This document shows positions 29,245-37,834 of a stretch of DNA of 64,000 nucleotides, piece by piece. The first letter of the stretch is position 1. Every line of letters begins with the position of its first letter. This DNA is from Microgenomates group bacterium Gr01-1014_5 (GTDB lineage: Bacteria > Patescibacteriota > Microgenomatia > UBA8517 > UBA10165). The position numbers were made by a program, and so were the translations under genes. The stretch is taken from contig VMGE01000003.1 in assembly GCA_007376395.1 (NCBI GenBank), forward strand, positions 26,057 to 90,056. The letters run 5' to 3'. Under the pieces are notes generated by a model. That model ran no database searches, was not told where the DNA came from, and saw only the letters and a list, made by a program, of their open reading frames with translations.

Positions 29245-30231
29245 TTACCGACCCAGACCCATTGCGGTTTTTACCTCTTGGAGAGTTTGCGAGGCAACCT
29301 GACGGGCTTTTTGGGCTCCTTCAGTAATTACTTTATCAACATACTCAGGATTGGCTTCTAATTCTTTCCTTTTTTCTTGGATAGGCGTTAATTCCTCAAA
29401 AATTGCTTGTGCGAGCCCGTTTTTAAGGTCTCCGTACCTGATTCCATCTCCTGTGTATGCTTTTTCGTATTCTGCGCACTTGCCAGCACCTTGGAATAGC
29501 TCCACAAACTTCAGTAAAGTTGCTACTCCTCCTTTTGAAGGGACACTCTCACCTTGACCCGAGTCTGTAGGCGCCGCCGCCAAGCGTTTCTTAATCGTTT
29601 CTAAATCATCGTTTAGGTTGATAAAACTCCCCTCAACCGATTTGCTCATCTTACCTTCACCAACCAAAGAAGGTATGTATTCCCCTTTTGTGGCAAAACG
29701 TTGGGGTTCGGGAAAATCTAATTTAAATCTTTCGTTAAGTTTTCCGGCAATCTCTCGGGAGACCTCAAGATGCGGCTCCTGATCAACCCCAACCGGAACC
29801 AAACTAGCCTTGTAAATTAAAATGTCTGCAGCCATCAAAACCGGATAGTACAAAAGCGCCATGGAAACATTTTCAGGGTGTTGTTTTACCTTTTCTTTGA
29901 ATGTCGGCAAATGCTGCATGCGTGCAACCGTTACTGCGGTTGAAAAAAGGTAAGACAGTTCTGTGTGTTCTGGAATTTGGGATTGGATGAAAATCGTAGA
30001 TTTTTCAGGATCTATGCCTATGGCTAAATAATCAATAATCACTTCTCGGGTGTTTGAAGCCAAAGTTTTAGGATCATATGGAGTTGTTATGGCATGCAAA
30101 TCCGCCACCATATAAAAGGTTTCGTAATTCGGGTCGCTTTGCAGTTCCAGCATACCCTTCACCGCCCCAAGATAATTTCCCAAATGCAATCGTCCTGTGG
30201 CTCTGATTCCTGATAGTACTCGTTTTTGCAT
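29245..30231 (-). CDS. trpS: Tryptophanyl-tRNA synthetase. ATG start at 30231.
   Basis: ATGRLHLGNYLGA (HIGH-like) and a KMSKS motif. Confidence 0.92.
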   Translation of the reverse strand: MQKRVLSGIRATGRLHLGNYLGAVKGMLELQSDPNYETFYMVADLHAITTPYDPKTLASNTREVIIDYLAIGIDPEKSTIFIQSQIPEHTELSYLFSTAVTVARMQHLPTFKEKVKQHPENVSMALLYYPVLMAADILIYKASLVPVGVDQEPHLEVSREIAGKLNERFKLDFPEPQRFATKGEYIPSLVGEGKMSKSVEGSFINLNDDLETIKKRLAAAPTDSGQGESVPSKGGVATLLKFVELFQGAGKCAEYEKAYTGDGIRYGDLKNGLAQAIFEELTPIQEKRKELEANPEYVDKVITEGAQKARQVASQTLQEVKTAMGLGR

Positions 30232-30293
30232 ATGTGTATATTCTAACAAAAAACCACCAAAAAGGTGGCCGTTTACTCTGAACAGAGTTGAAA

Positions 30294-30370
30294 GGTGGCT
30301 AGGGTGGGAGTCGAACCCACAAACCTTCGACGTATGAAGTCGCTGCTCTAGCCAGTTGAGCTACCCAGCC
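30294..30370 (-). tRNA. tRNA with anticodon CAU (elongator Met or Ile2 type; the G1-C72 pair argues against an initiator)
   Basis: Hand-folded cloverleaf GGCTGGG-TA-GCTC-AACTGGCTA-GAGC-A-GCGAC-TTCATAC-GTCGA-AGGTT-TGTGG-TTCGACT-CCCAC-CCTAGCC-A-CC. A TATAAT box sits about 12 nt upstream. Confidence 0.8.
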
Positions 30371-30407
30371 AATAAGGTGAATTATAACATATCAACCTCT
30401 AAAGAAT

Positions 30408-31100
30408 TTAATTGTGCTGTTTTAAACCTTCAATTAATCCCATGATCTTATAATGTAGATAAGTAGTTTTTTGTGGACGAAGAGTTAATGTTCCGAAATG
30501 TTGTTCAAAATTCTCATAAAATTTATATAATTTCGAGATTTTAAAGTTTGTTTTTTGGAAATTTGATTGAGGTATTCCAGTTAATTCAGCCCAATAATCC
30601 TTAACTTTTTGTTCTCTTGAACGATGTATCTCATTAATTCCAATATAACAACTAATAAGAGTTTCGTCTATTTTGAAACACTTTTTGAGCCAATATAGGG
30701 CAAAGCTAATTAGTTTTGGGTCTGAATTACTAATTTCTAATCTACCCATTTTTTTGCTTCCTTCTCCCCAATAAAGCGCAAGTCCAGCAATCAACAACTC
30801 TCTTTCGTTTAAAGTTTTTAAACTGGATTTTCCTAAATTTTCAAATTTTTGTATAATGTCAAGCCTTTGATTTTTTAAAAATAATGAATGTATTAGATTT
30901 CCCCGTTCGCGACCTTTTATTTCTTTTTGTCTAAGTACTTCTAATTGTTCTATCGATAAAATAATGTCCCGAACCCAGATACTTGCAGTACCCTTTGAAA
31001 CAGCCAATTTAACAGCAATATCTTTAACACTTTTTCCCTGGGAACGAAGTTCTCGGGCTTTTAGTCTAAGCGCAGATTTAGCCACAACTAAGTTTCCCAA
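30408..31100 (-). CDS. Fusion of an HTH domain and a single-motif LAGLIDADG-like homing endonuclease (paralog A)
   Basis: N-terminal HTH ELRSQGKSVKDIAVKLAVSKGTASIWVR and an LAGLIDADG-like LIAGLALYWGEGSK. Paralogous to the ORFs at 41734..42423 and 48228..48908. Confidence 0.6.
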   Translation of the reverse strand: MGNLVVAKSALRLKARELRSQGKSVKDIAVKLAVSKGTASIWVRDIILSIEQLEVLRQKEIKGRERGNLIHSLFLKNQRLDIIQKFENLGKSSLKTLNERELLIAGLALYWGEGSKKMGRLEISNSDPKLISFALYWLKKCFKIDETLISCYIGINEIHRSREQKVKDYWAELTGIPQSNFQKTNFKISKLYKFYENFEQHFGTLTLRPQKTTYLHYKIMGLIEGLKQHN

Positions 31101-31136
31101 ATTTAACCCGAATTTGTCAAGATGTAACTTCGAAGC

Positions 31137-31565
31137 TCAATCTAAGTTTGCTACGACTAACTTGAATCCCTCTTTAGAATACCAACTGTCAAATGAGAAA
31201 ATATACTCTGCTCCAAGCTCAACTGCTGTTTCAGCAACAATTGCATCAAAAATGGTGTTTTTCTTAGAATTTGTACGACTAAACCTTTGACTAGCTAATT
31301 TTTGTATTTTTTCATCTATATACTCAATACTTAAAGTCCCTTGCAAGTAACGTGTATTAACAAGTTCGGCTTTGTCAGGTAAATTTAAAGCTCTTTTTAG
31401 AGTTGTGATTGTTTCTAAAATAGCGGTGTTTGGATAAACAACCTCATACCCCTGAGAAAGTAGCCATTTACTAATATTTTTAGCTTTAATATGGTTAGCA
31501 TCCTCTTTACACACTAAAGCGATGAGGGAGTCCGTATCACCGACTGCTATTTTACTTTTTGCCAT
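31137..31565 (-). CDS. PIN-domain toxin (VapC-like). Start at MAKSKIAV.
   Basis: Conserved acidic residues (IAVGDTDSLIAL...FDA...FSFD); overlaps the upstream RHH gene. Confidence 0.65.
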   Translation of the reverse strand: MAKSKIAVGDTDSLIALVCKEDANHIKAKNISKWLLSQGYEVVYPNTAILETITTLKRALNLPDKAELVNTRYLQGTLSIEYIDEKIQKLASQRFSRTNSKKNTIFDAIVAETAVELGAEYIFSFDSWYSKEGFKLVVANLD

Positions 31566-31827
31566 TACTCCTCTTTTCCCCACCCCAAGCATAATAGTCA
31601 TGATTTTCAGATATATCACTTGGAGTATTGGAGTTAGACGGCAATTTCTCTGCAAAGCTCGCAAGTTCAACTAAAGCTTTTACAGAACTAGATTTAGGGT
31701 AAATGACATCCAGACCGGTATTTAGAGCTTCCCGGATTAACTCGGATTCAATTTTTCGCTTGGCTTTTGCAGCTAGGTCAATCCTTTGCTTAGTTTCATC
31801 AGAAATATGTACGCTTATTCTTTGCAT
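31552..31827 (-). CDS. Ribbon-helix-helix (CopG/VapB-like) antitoxin
   Basis: ISVHISDETKQRIDLAAKAKRKIESELIREALN is a typical RHH fold. It overlaps the PIN gene. Confidence 0.65.
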   Translation of the reverse strand: MQRISVHISDETKQRIDLAAKAKRKIESELIREALNTGLDVIYPKSSSVKALVELASFAEKLPSNSNTPSDISENHDYYAWGGEKRSNGKK

Positions 31828-31990
31828 ATCTCTATATTATCATACGTATTACGTATGTCAAGCGATAAAAAGGCTACGCTTATTTCGAGCTTGCGAGAAA
31901 CAAGGTTCGCTTATACCAGATTGAAGGTAGATTGTTTATTAAACTCGCATTCGATTGGAAAATTAAGCAATTCAGGCTTATAATATTCTT

Positions 31991-32926
31991 ATGGACGAGT
32001 TAGTAAACTCCAACGAAGCCTCTCGTCAAGTTCTAGATGCCTATAAAAAGGCGGAAAATTTATTGGGTGGTTTTGAATCTGGTAGGTTTGAAACAGAGAT
32101 TCCTGGACAAGCCGAGGTAAGAAGTTTTGAAATTACCCAACGTTATTCTGGAAAGAAACAAACACCCCTTATTGTCAAACTTCCTGAGGCCGATTTCTAC
32201 CTAGACCCTAGAAACCCTTTTATTGTCACTATGCATGACAAAACTCCACAACCTGAGCTAAGTTTTTGGGACAAGTTGAAAGGCAAAACACACACCCCTC
32301 GAACAAAAGCTACTACCAAAGAAATAGGCATGCTTTCAGAACTTATTGCGAATGCAAAACCAACTCAAAAAGAACAAAATCGCAGAAAAATAACAAACGA
32401 TTCACGAGAGGTGTTTTCGTCTAATACAGAAAGAGAGGTAAAAGGTTTACTGGAAAAATTAAAACAAAAAGGAGAAAAGACTGTTTTGGTATTCATTATC
32501 GACAACTCAATCGAAAAGACACACTATATTAAAAGTGATTTTGTCGAAAAACATGCCCAAAAAAGCGGTTTCGGTTATGTTGTAGGTTATAAATATGATG
32601 GGGAAGAAGCAATACAATTCTTCAAAGCATTCAAACAACAGGCTCCAGTTGACCTTCCAATCGTTGTTTATTTAGATAACAACCTTGTTAATGGTGGAGA
32701 TCACAATCCTAAATACAGAATTGGTATGGATGTAATAAAGCGAATTGATGAATTGTGTAAAGAAAATGGTTGGACTATGCCTTACTTAATTGGTGGTTCT
32801 TCAGACAAGGAGCCAAACGAAGCCTTAAAAGAAGCGTACCCCGACCTTTATGTTGGTAGAATTTATGATTTTAGTACTCTCAAAGACCCTCTAGAAAATT
32901 TAGAAGAAAGATTAGCTTCCAAATAA
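31991..32926 (+). CDS. Hypothetical protein with a possible C-terminal receiver-like (REC) domain
   Basis: VLVFIIDNS ... VVYLDNNLVNGGD ... PYLIGGSSDKE resembles the acidic pocket, phospho-acceptor Asp and S/T-K positions of a REC domain. The N-terminal 150 aa are unknown. Confidence 0.4.
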   Translation: MDELVNSNEASRQVLDAYKKAENLLGGFESGRFETEIPGQAEVRSFEITQRYSGKKQTPLIVKLPEADFYLDPRNPFIVTMHDKTPQPELSFWDKLKGKTHTPRTKATTKEIGMLSELIANAKPTQKEQNRRKITNDSREVFSSNTEREVKGLLEKLKQKGEKTVLVFIIDNSIEKTHYIKSDFVEKHAQKSGFGYVVGYKYDGEEAIQFFKAFKQQAPVDLPIVVYLDNNLVNGGDHNPKYRIGMDVIKRIDELCKENGWTMPYLIGGSSDKEPNEALKEAYPDLYVGRIYDFSTLKDPLENLEERLASK

Positions 32927-32954
32927 TTTTTTCCTAGCCTCGCCAGACCTTAAA

Positions 32955-33224
32955 TTAATCAGATTTGATTTTGAGAAGAAAGTATTTGAGTTGTTTTTTT
33001 AAAACCCGTTTCCCCATTGAAGTTTTTAGGTATTTTTCTCTTGCTTCAGTATCTTTCTTCAATAGATAAGCTTCATAGTAAATAAGTTTTAGGGGTTTGT
33101 AGGGAGCAGTCGAGAAATTATTTCCTGCATTATGTTCTTTTACCCTTTTCCTAAGATCAGAAGTTGAACCTTTATAAAACCATCCCGTCTTTTTCAAAGA
33201 TTGTAAAACATAAACATAGTACAC
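32955..33224 (-). CDS. Small GIY-YIG nuclease-domain protein
   Basis: YYVYVL...WFYKGSTSDLRKRVKEHN (GIY-YIG plus a conserved Arg and Glu); 89 aa. Confidence 0.75.
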   Translation of the reverse strand: MYYVYVLQSLKKTGWFYKGSTSDLRKRVKEHNAGNNFSTAPYKPLKLIYYEAYLLKKDTEAREKYLKTSMGKRVLKKQLKYFLLKIKSD

Positions 33225-33239
33225 TCAATTGATTTTATA

Positions 33240-33400
33240 CCCTTAGGGGTATTATGTCAGGGTGGTGTGCACAAAGTGCACATAATATCCCGACACCACC
33301 CCCACGAGGTCGGAAGAAAAAAGGCCCTGTTGGGGTTATTATGTGAACTTCGTTCACACCAACCCCATGAGGGTGGAATGAAAAAAGCCACCCTACCGGT
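33240..33400. repeat. Two tandem ~70-bp hairpin-forming units (GGG-TATTATGT...GTGCAC-aaa-GTGCAC-ATAATA...CCC, followed by CCCCA(C/T)GAGG(T/G)(C/T)GGAA(G/T)GAAAAAAG)
   Basis: Seen directly in sequence. The predicted ORF 33257..33439 merely translates this repeat (AFFIPPSWGWCE / AFFLPTSWGWCRD). Confidence 0.55.
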
Positions 33401-33425
33401 GGCTTTTGAATTTGATACCCTCAGT
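33386..33425. terminator. Bidirectional rho-independent terminator AAAAAAGCCACC-ctacc-GGTGGCTTTTGAATTT
   Basis: Perfect 8-bp GC-rich stem with an A-run before and a T-run after; downstream of the minus-strand gene 33538..34068. Confidence 0.55.
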
Positions 33426-33537
33426 TGCGAGGGATACAAGAAATAAGAACCTACTTCCTAGCCTCGCCTGACCCTGTATTTATACCAGATTTACGCTGAT
33501 TTTACCAGGGATTAGTTGACTGTGTTGGAACTTATTA

Positions 33538-34068
33538 CTACTGTCCATGACTTGCCATATAACTTACGATATCAGTAATGGCTTTGTTGTTTTTATTTAC
33601 CAAGTCATCCAGTGTACTTAACTCTACATTTGTAATTGCTTTCGAGAAGTCGAAATAATGCCCTCTTGAATATCCGCGCCTAACATTAATTTTTTGAGTT
33701 GATGGAGGAATACCCTCCTCGATATTGCCATACTGGATAAACCACTGTGAATGTGCTACGTCATTTCTTCCTTCTATGCACTCTTTGACCAAATTATAAG
33801 TGGGCAAGAATCTTTTTTGTGATTCTACCCCAATTCTTTGTACAATAAGATCACGTACTAAATCTAATTTTTCTAAAAATTCCATATTTTTTGCAATGGA
33901 ATTAGTAACATTTTGCTTTACTATTGATTCACCTTCTGGATTAATAAGATCTCCCATAAAAAATTCAAGGATCGATTCTAAATGTCGCGATAGTACAACC
34001 ACTTCACCAATTTTAGAAAGAAACTCTTTTGTTTTTGGATCAGAAGTATCTAAAAGAGTGGCATTCAT
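33538..34068 (-). CDS. Hypothetical protein, possibly HEPN-like (Rx4H: GRNDVAH)
   Basis: Alpha-helical 176-aa protein with a single R-x4-H motif. The call is weak. Confidence 0.35.
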   Translation of the reverse strand: MNATLLDTSDPKTKEFLSKIGEVVVLSRHLESILEFFMGDLINPEGESIVKQNVTNSIAKNMEFLEKLDLVRDLIVQRIGVESQKRFLPTYNLVKECIEGRNDVAHSQWFIQYGNIEEGIPPSTQKINVRRGYSRGHYFDFSKAITNVELSTLDDLVNKNNKAITDIVSYMASHGQ

Positions 34069-34145
34069 AAGTATATTTTATCATATTTGAAGCTAGTGGC
34101 TTTGCACACAGAAGCATGTATTTAACGCACCCCATAGAAATATTC

Positions 34146-34751
34146 TTAATAGAAGCCATTATATTTTTTTGTTAAATTAGAAACAGTTTCTAGTCGATCT
34201 TTTCTATAATAATATTTGTCAATTTTGTATTCGCTTGGGGAGATCTTTACAAGCTCAAAGATTAAATCATCTATACTTGCAAAATAGTCAGGAGTAGAAT
34301 TGTCGCGTGCTGTTCTTAACTCTTTAACTAGTACAACATAAACATCGGCTTTTTTTGTTATGTCGATAACATAGTACCAATTGAGTTTGAAGTCTAGACC
34401 TGCAGTTCCATACATTCGCAGAGATGTCGGTTGAGTTAAGTCTTTTCCTGTTAAAAAGTTGTATCCCTGTTGTTCTTTGTCGCTTGAAGGAGCCGTAAAC
34501 ATATTAAGAACTTCCTTACCATCTCTTTTAGCTTGGTATATTTCGAACGTCCTAATGGTTGATAATATAGAGATTGCCTCAGCTTCGCTCACAAAAGTTT
34601 TTGAGTATTCAAACTGAAGTTCCAAGTCTAGCTTCGATATTTCTTCAGACTTTGTCGCTTGCTCAGGTTGAACCTGTTGGTTATTAGTGGGCAAATAGTT
34701 TGCTACCAAAAAACCGATGATAATACCGGTCACAAGAATCAGAAGCCTCAT
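34146..34751 (-). CDS. Membrane-anchored hypothetical protein
   Basis: N-terminal TM helix then a soluble domain. Confidence 0.45.
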   Translation of the reverse strand: MRLLILVTGIIIGFLVANYLPTNNQQVQPEQATKSEEISKLDLELQFEYSKTFVSEAEAISILSTIRTFEIYQAKRDGKEVLNMFTAPSSDKEQQGYNFLTGKDLTQPTSLRMYGTAGLDFKLNWYYVIDITKKADVYVVLVKELRTARDNSTPDYFASIDDLIFELVKISPSEYKIDKYYYRKDRLETVSNLTKKYNGFY

Positions 34752-34884
34752 GATATATATTCATTCTACTATATACATAATTTGGTAAAATAAGAGTAGG
34801 TCTATTAGGCTTGGAAGATATAATAACAACTAGAAATATTCATTTTAGAGACAATTATAACGAGGGTACACCTATAACTAAGTT

Positions 34885-35091
34885 ATGAATAAAGCACAAA
34901 TCAAGCAACTCAATAAAAAAATTAACCAGTTACTTGAGCGCAGAAAAGCAACGGAAGATCGTGTCATACCGATCCTTACGGCAATAAAGTATGGTATCAA
35001 CTATACTACTAAATATAGTGAGCTTAAGGAAGAAGATTTAGATCGAATGATTAATGGTGAAAGTAGCAATAGAGATATAATTGCGCAATGA
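34885..35091 (+). CDS. Small hypothetical protein
   Basis: ORF track; 4-nt overlap with the next ORF. Confidence 0.35.
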   Translation: MNKAQIKQLNKKINQLLERRKATEDRVIPILTAIKYGINYTTKYSELKEEDLDRMINGESSNRDIIAQ

Positions 35092-35456
35092 AAAAATCAT
35101 GTTTGTTTATCAGAACTAACGGTTTACCATGCAAGGCTAAAACATTAATAAATGGAAACTTATGCTTCAGGCATGATCCAGACAAGGTAAGCATGGCACT
35201 TAATGCATCACGCAAAGGTGGAGAAAATAGAGCACTACAAGGGGTTTATGGTGAACCTATTACACTGAAAAACCCAGATGATGTTAAAAGATTTTTAGGA
35301 CAAGTTATAAATGCTGTTTGGTCAGAGGGTGTGCCGGTACAAGTAGGTAGCTCGATGGGCTTTTTAACAAGATGCTGGTTAGATGCTTATGAGGCTTCGG
35401 ATGTAATTAAAAGGTTAGATGAAATAGAAGAAAAATTAGACCTCATAAATCCCTAG
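35088..35456 (+). CDS. Hypothetical protein with an N-terminal C-x9-C-x9-C-x2-H cluster
   Basis: CLFIRTNGLPCKAKTLINGNLCFRH is a possible zinc ribbon. Confidence 0.4.
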   Translation: MKKSCLFIRTNGLPCKAKTLINGNLCFRHDPDKVSMALNASRKGGENRALQGVYGEPITLKNPDDVKRFLGQVINAVWSEGVPVQVGSSMGFLTRCWLDAYEASDVIKRLDEIEEKLDLINP

Positions 35457-35713
35457 TACTTATATTTTTTAGGAGTTATTTTAAAAGGATTAACAGTTCC
35501 CTTTTTACCGGTGAAAGGATTTATATTCCCTTTCGCAGAAAAATTATCAAACTTCGATTTATTTGGTGATGATTTATAGTGAGGTGCAACGTAAGTACCA
35601 CTCTTTTTTGTGTAGCCTCCTACTCTTTGTAGTGCTTCAGCTTTTGAAGCTGTAGCTAGAGAAAATGAGAATATCAAGAACAAAGCAACTAAACTAAAAA
35701 TAATCTTTTTCAC
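35453..35713 (-). CDS. Small secreted Lys-rich protein
   Basis: Signal-peptide-like N-terminus MKKIIFSLVALFLIFSFSLATASKA. Confidence 0.45.
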   Translation of the reverse strand: MKKIIFSLVALFLIFSFSLATASKAEALQRVGGYTKKSGTYVAPHYKSSPNKSKFDNFSAKGNINPFTGKKGTVNPFKITPKKYKY

Positions 35714-35769
35714 GGTCTGATTATATCACGGAAGTATCCTACATAATAATCCCGTGCAGAAACTATTTA

Positions 35770-36156
35770 TTACTCATTATCGTCAACATATGATTGCATG
35801 CCTTCCATGAAGGAATTGGAATTACCTGAATAGTTGTCAACATCGTCTTGTGTTATGCCACGTTCTTCTGCCCATTTATATCCCGCTTCGTGTCCACTAC
35901 AATCAACAGTGCAGGGGTACCCATTAAATAGTGGTGGGTCAGAATTTATATTAACATCTTCTTCTGCTTGATTGAGTTCAATATTTTCATTAGAAGAAGT
36001 AGTGGAATCAACTATAGGGGTGGCTGACCTATCATTTGTTGTGGTGCCAGAATTTGACGAGGAATTAAATAAAGAAAAAATTAAAAGAAAAAAAGCAGCA
36101 ATTCCTATAACCCATAAAACTTTCTTAACAGAAATATCGCTCATATTACTTTTCAC
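35770..36156 (-). CDS. Membrane-anchored protein with a Cys/His motif GYPCTVDCSGHEAGYKW
   Basis: TM anchor, Ser/Thr-rich linker and a small C-terminal domain. Confidence 0.45.
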   Translation of the reverse strand: MKSNMSDISVKKVLWVIGIAAFFLLIFSLFNSSSNSGTTTNDRSATPIVDSTTSSNENIELNQAEEDVNINSDPPLFNGYPCTVDCSGHEAGYKWAEERGITQDDVDNYSGNSNSFMEGMQSYVDDNE

Positions 36157-36204
36157 ACGAGAAACTGAACCATTTAGGATCTTAAAATTGGCTTTGTCTA
36201 GAAT

Positions 36205-36867
36205 TTATCGACAATACTTATCAAGTAAGCCATTTAAGCTATTTGTAGCATTTGATGAGCCAATTTCACACACTTGTCGTCCTAATTTAGCAAGATCGCC
36301 GTTATAACATTTATCAATACAATCTAGTGACTCTTGTCCTCTTCTTGTTACACAATCATCATAGCTTGAATAACCATACGAGGTTCTTGTCATTTCGTAA
36401 TTGCAAATATCTAGAGTGATATTTTTACAACCATTGACGCAATTTTGAGTATTGGCCTGTTGGCTATCTTGGCATTGAATATAGTCATTTGTTGAGCTCT
36501 TTACAGCAGTAGAAGCGTCCTTTACAGATTGAACTACTGAAGGATCGCAATAATAAGTGAGCCCATTATGAGATAACACTACCGGTACTTTTTGTGGGGT
36601 AACCGGTTGCGGTGTTGATTTGGAGGTAGGAATATCAATAGTTTTAGAACCTTGAGGATTTTTTATAGAGGTGGGTATTGTAGTTGGAATTAGAGTTGGT
36701 GACGGCGTAGATGTTACGTCAACTTTTTGAATTAAAGGTTGATTACCACTCAAGTTAATTTTTACAACACCATTTTTTACAGCAGCAGTTCCGACAAATA
36801 AAAGAATAACAGTCCAAATTAAGATAGGTATAAAAGCAATACCTTTTTGATTAGTCATTATGGTCAA
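36205..36867 (-). CDS. Membrane-anchored cysteine-rich secreted-type protein
   Basis: TM anchor, Pro/Thr-rich linker and about 12 Cys in the C-terminal 120 aa. Confidence 0.5.
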   Translation of the reverse strand: MTIMTNQKGIAFIPILIWTVILLFVGTAAVKNGVVKINLSGNQPLIQKVDVTSTPSPTLIPTTIPTSIKNPQGSKTIDIPTSKSTPQPVTPQKVPVVLSHNGLTYYCDPSVVQSVKDASTAVKSSTNDYIQCQDSQQANTQNCVNGCKNITLDICNYEMTRTSYGYSSYDDCVTRRGQESLDCIDKCYNGDLAKLGRQVCEIGSSNATNSLNGLLDKYCR

Positions 36868-36890
36868 TTATACTCTTAATTATCTTCGGT

Positions 36891-37238
36891 TCAGTCAGAA
36901 CGCTCAGGTAAAGATTCGCAGGCAATACCATCAGAATCACGATCAAGTCCAAATTTATCATAACCGAAGCAATCTATCTCTGCCTTGTAGAATCCTTTAG
37001 CAGTATCTTTATCGGGAAAATCAGAGCAATCCATGTCTTCTTCATCCTGAACCATAAGGCAATTGAGTTTATTGAGTTCTATCTTCCTTTCGGGGGTCAT
37101 TGGTGGCGGTGTAACAATCTTTACAGTCTCCTGCGAATTTTGATAATCATTATTTGAAAACTGATTATTCAAATTTCTATTTAGAAATAAAATCCCTATT
37201 AGTACCACAACAACCGTTATAAATAAATATTTACTCAT
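36891..37238 (-). CDS. Excalibur calcium-binding domain protein
   Basis: C-terminal DRDSDGIACE matches the Excalibur DxDxDGxxCE motif; N-terminal TM anchor. Confidence 0.6.
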   Translation of the reverse strand: MSKYLFITVVVVLIGILFLNRNLNNQFSNNDYQNSQETVKIVTPPPMTPERKIELNKLNCLMVQDEEDMDCSDFPDKDTAKGFYKAEIDCFGYDKFGLDRDSDGIACESLPERSD

Positions 37239-37329
37239 AGTTCTGATCTAAATATAGCTCAAAAAGATATAAAATGCTAGTTATTGTCTGTAGAGCTATT
37301 GACTACATTTAGCTACAGTTTTAGCTACT

Positions 37330-37542
37330 ATGTTAGCCACTCCTACAAGAAAACAGCTCGGTAAAAAGTTAAGAGAGTTAAGAAAGAAGGCGGGTTTATC
37401 ACAGGAAGAACTTGGATTCCGTGCAGGACTACACAGGACATACATTGGGGCTATTGAAAGAAGCGAACAAAATGTATCGGTTGATAATGTTCATAAGCTG
37501 GCTAAAGCACTTAAAATTCTTGTAAAAGAGCTGTTTGGATAG
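37330..37542 (+). CDS. XRE-family (Cro/C1-type) HTH transcriptional regulator
   Basis: LRELRKKAGLSQEELGFRAGLHRTYIGAIERSEQNVSVDNVHKLAKAL. Confidence 0.8.
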   Translation: MLATPTRKQLGKKLRELRKKAGLSQEELGFRAGLHRTYIGAIERSEQNVSVDNVHKLAKALKILVKELFG

Positions 37543-37807
37543 TATTTCCCCCACTGAGCCAAAATTAGGAGTGTTGACAAATACCCCAAATATGTTTTAT
37601 ACTACATCTATGCTAACAGTAGATCAGGTAGCCGAAAAACTAAATGTTCATAGAAATACAGTTATTAATCTTATAAAGCAAGGAAAAATTCGAGCTATTA
37701 GGATTGGCGATCAGTACAGGATACCAGAGGAGACGTATAGTCAGTTTATTACCGCTTCTGAAGTAAGGCCAGATAATGTGGTCGCAGGGAGCAAAGTTTT
37801 AGGTTAA
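37535..37807 (+). CDS. Excisionase/MerR-type HTH DNA-binding protein
   Basis: LTVDQVAEKLNVHRNTVINLIKQGKIRAIRIGDQYRIPEE is an Xis-family HTH. It overlaps the XRE gene. Confidence 0.65.
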   Translation: MDSISPTEPKLGVLTNTPNMFYTTSMLTVDQVAEKLNVHRNTVINLIKQGKIRAIRIGDQYRIPEETYSQFITASEVRPDNVVAGSKVLG

Positions 37808-37834
37808 TTAGGTTTATATTTAGGTATTTTTAGG

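Noticed and set aside
33257-33439. 60-aa ORF with internal repeat AFFIPPSWGWCE / AFFLPTSWGWCRD
   Set aside because: It is the translation of a tandem hairpin DNA repeat that ends in a terminator; it is not a gene.
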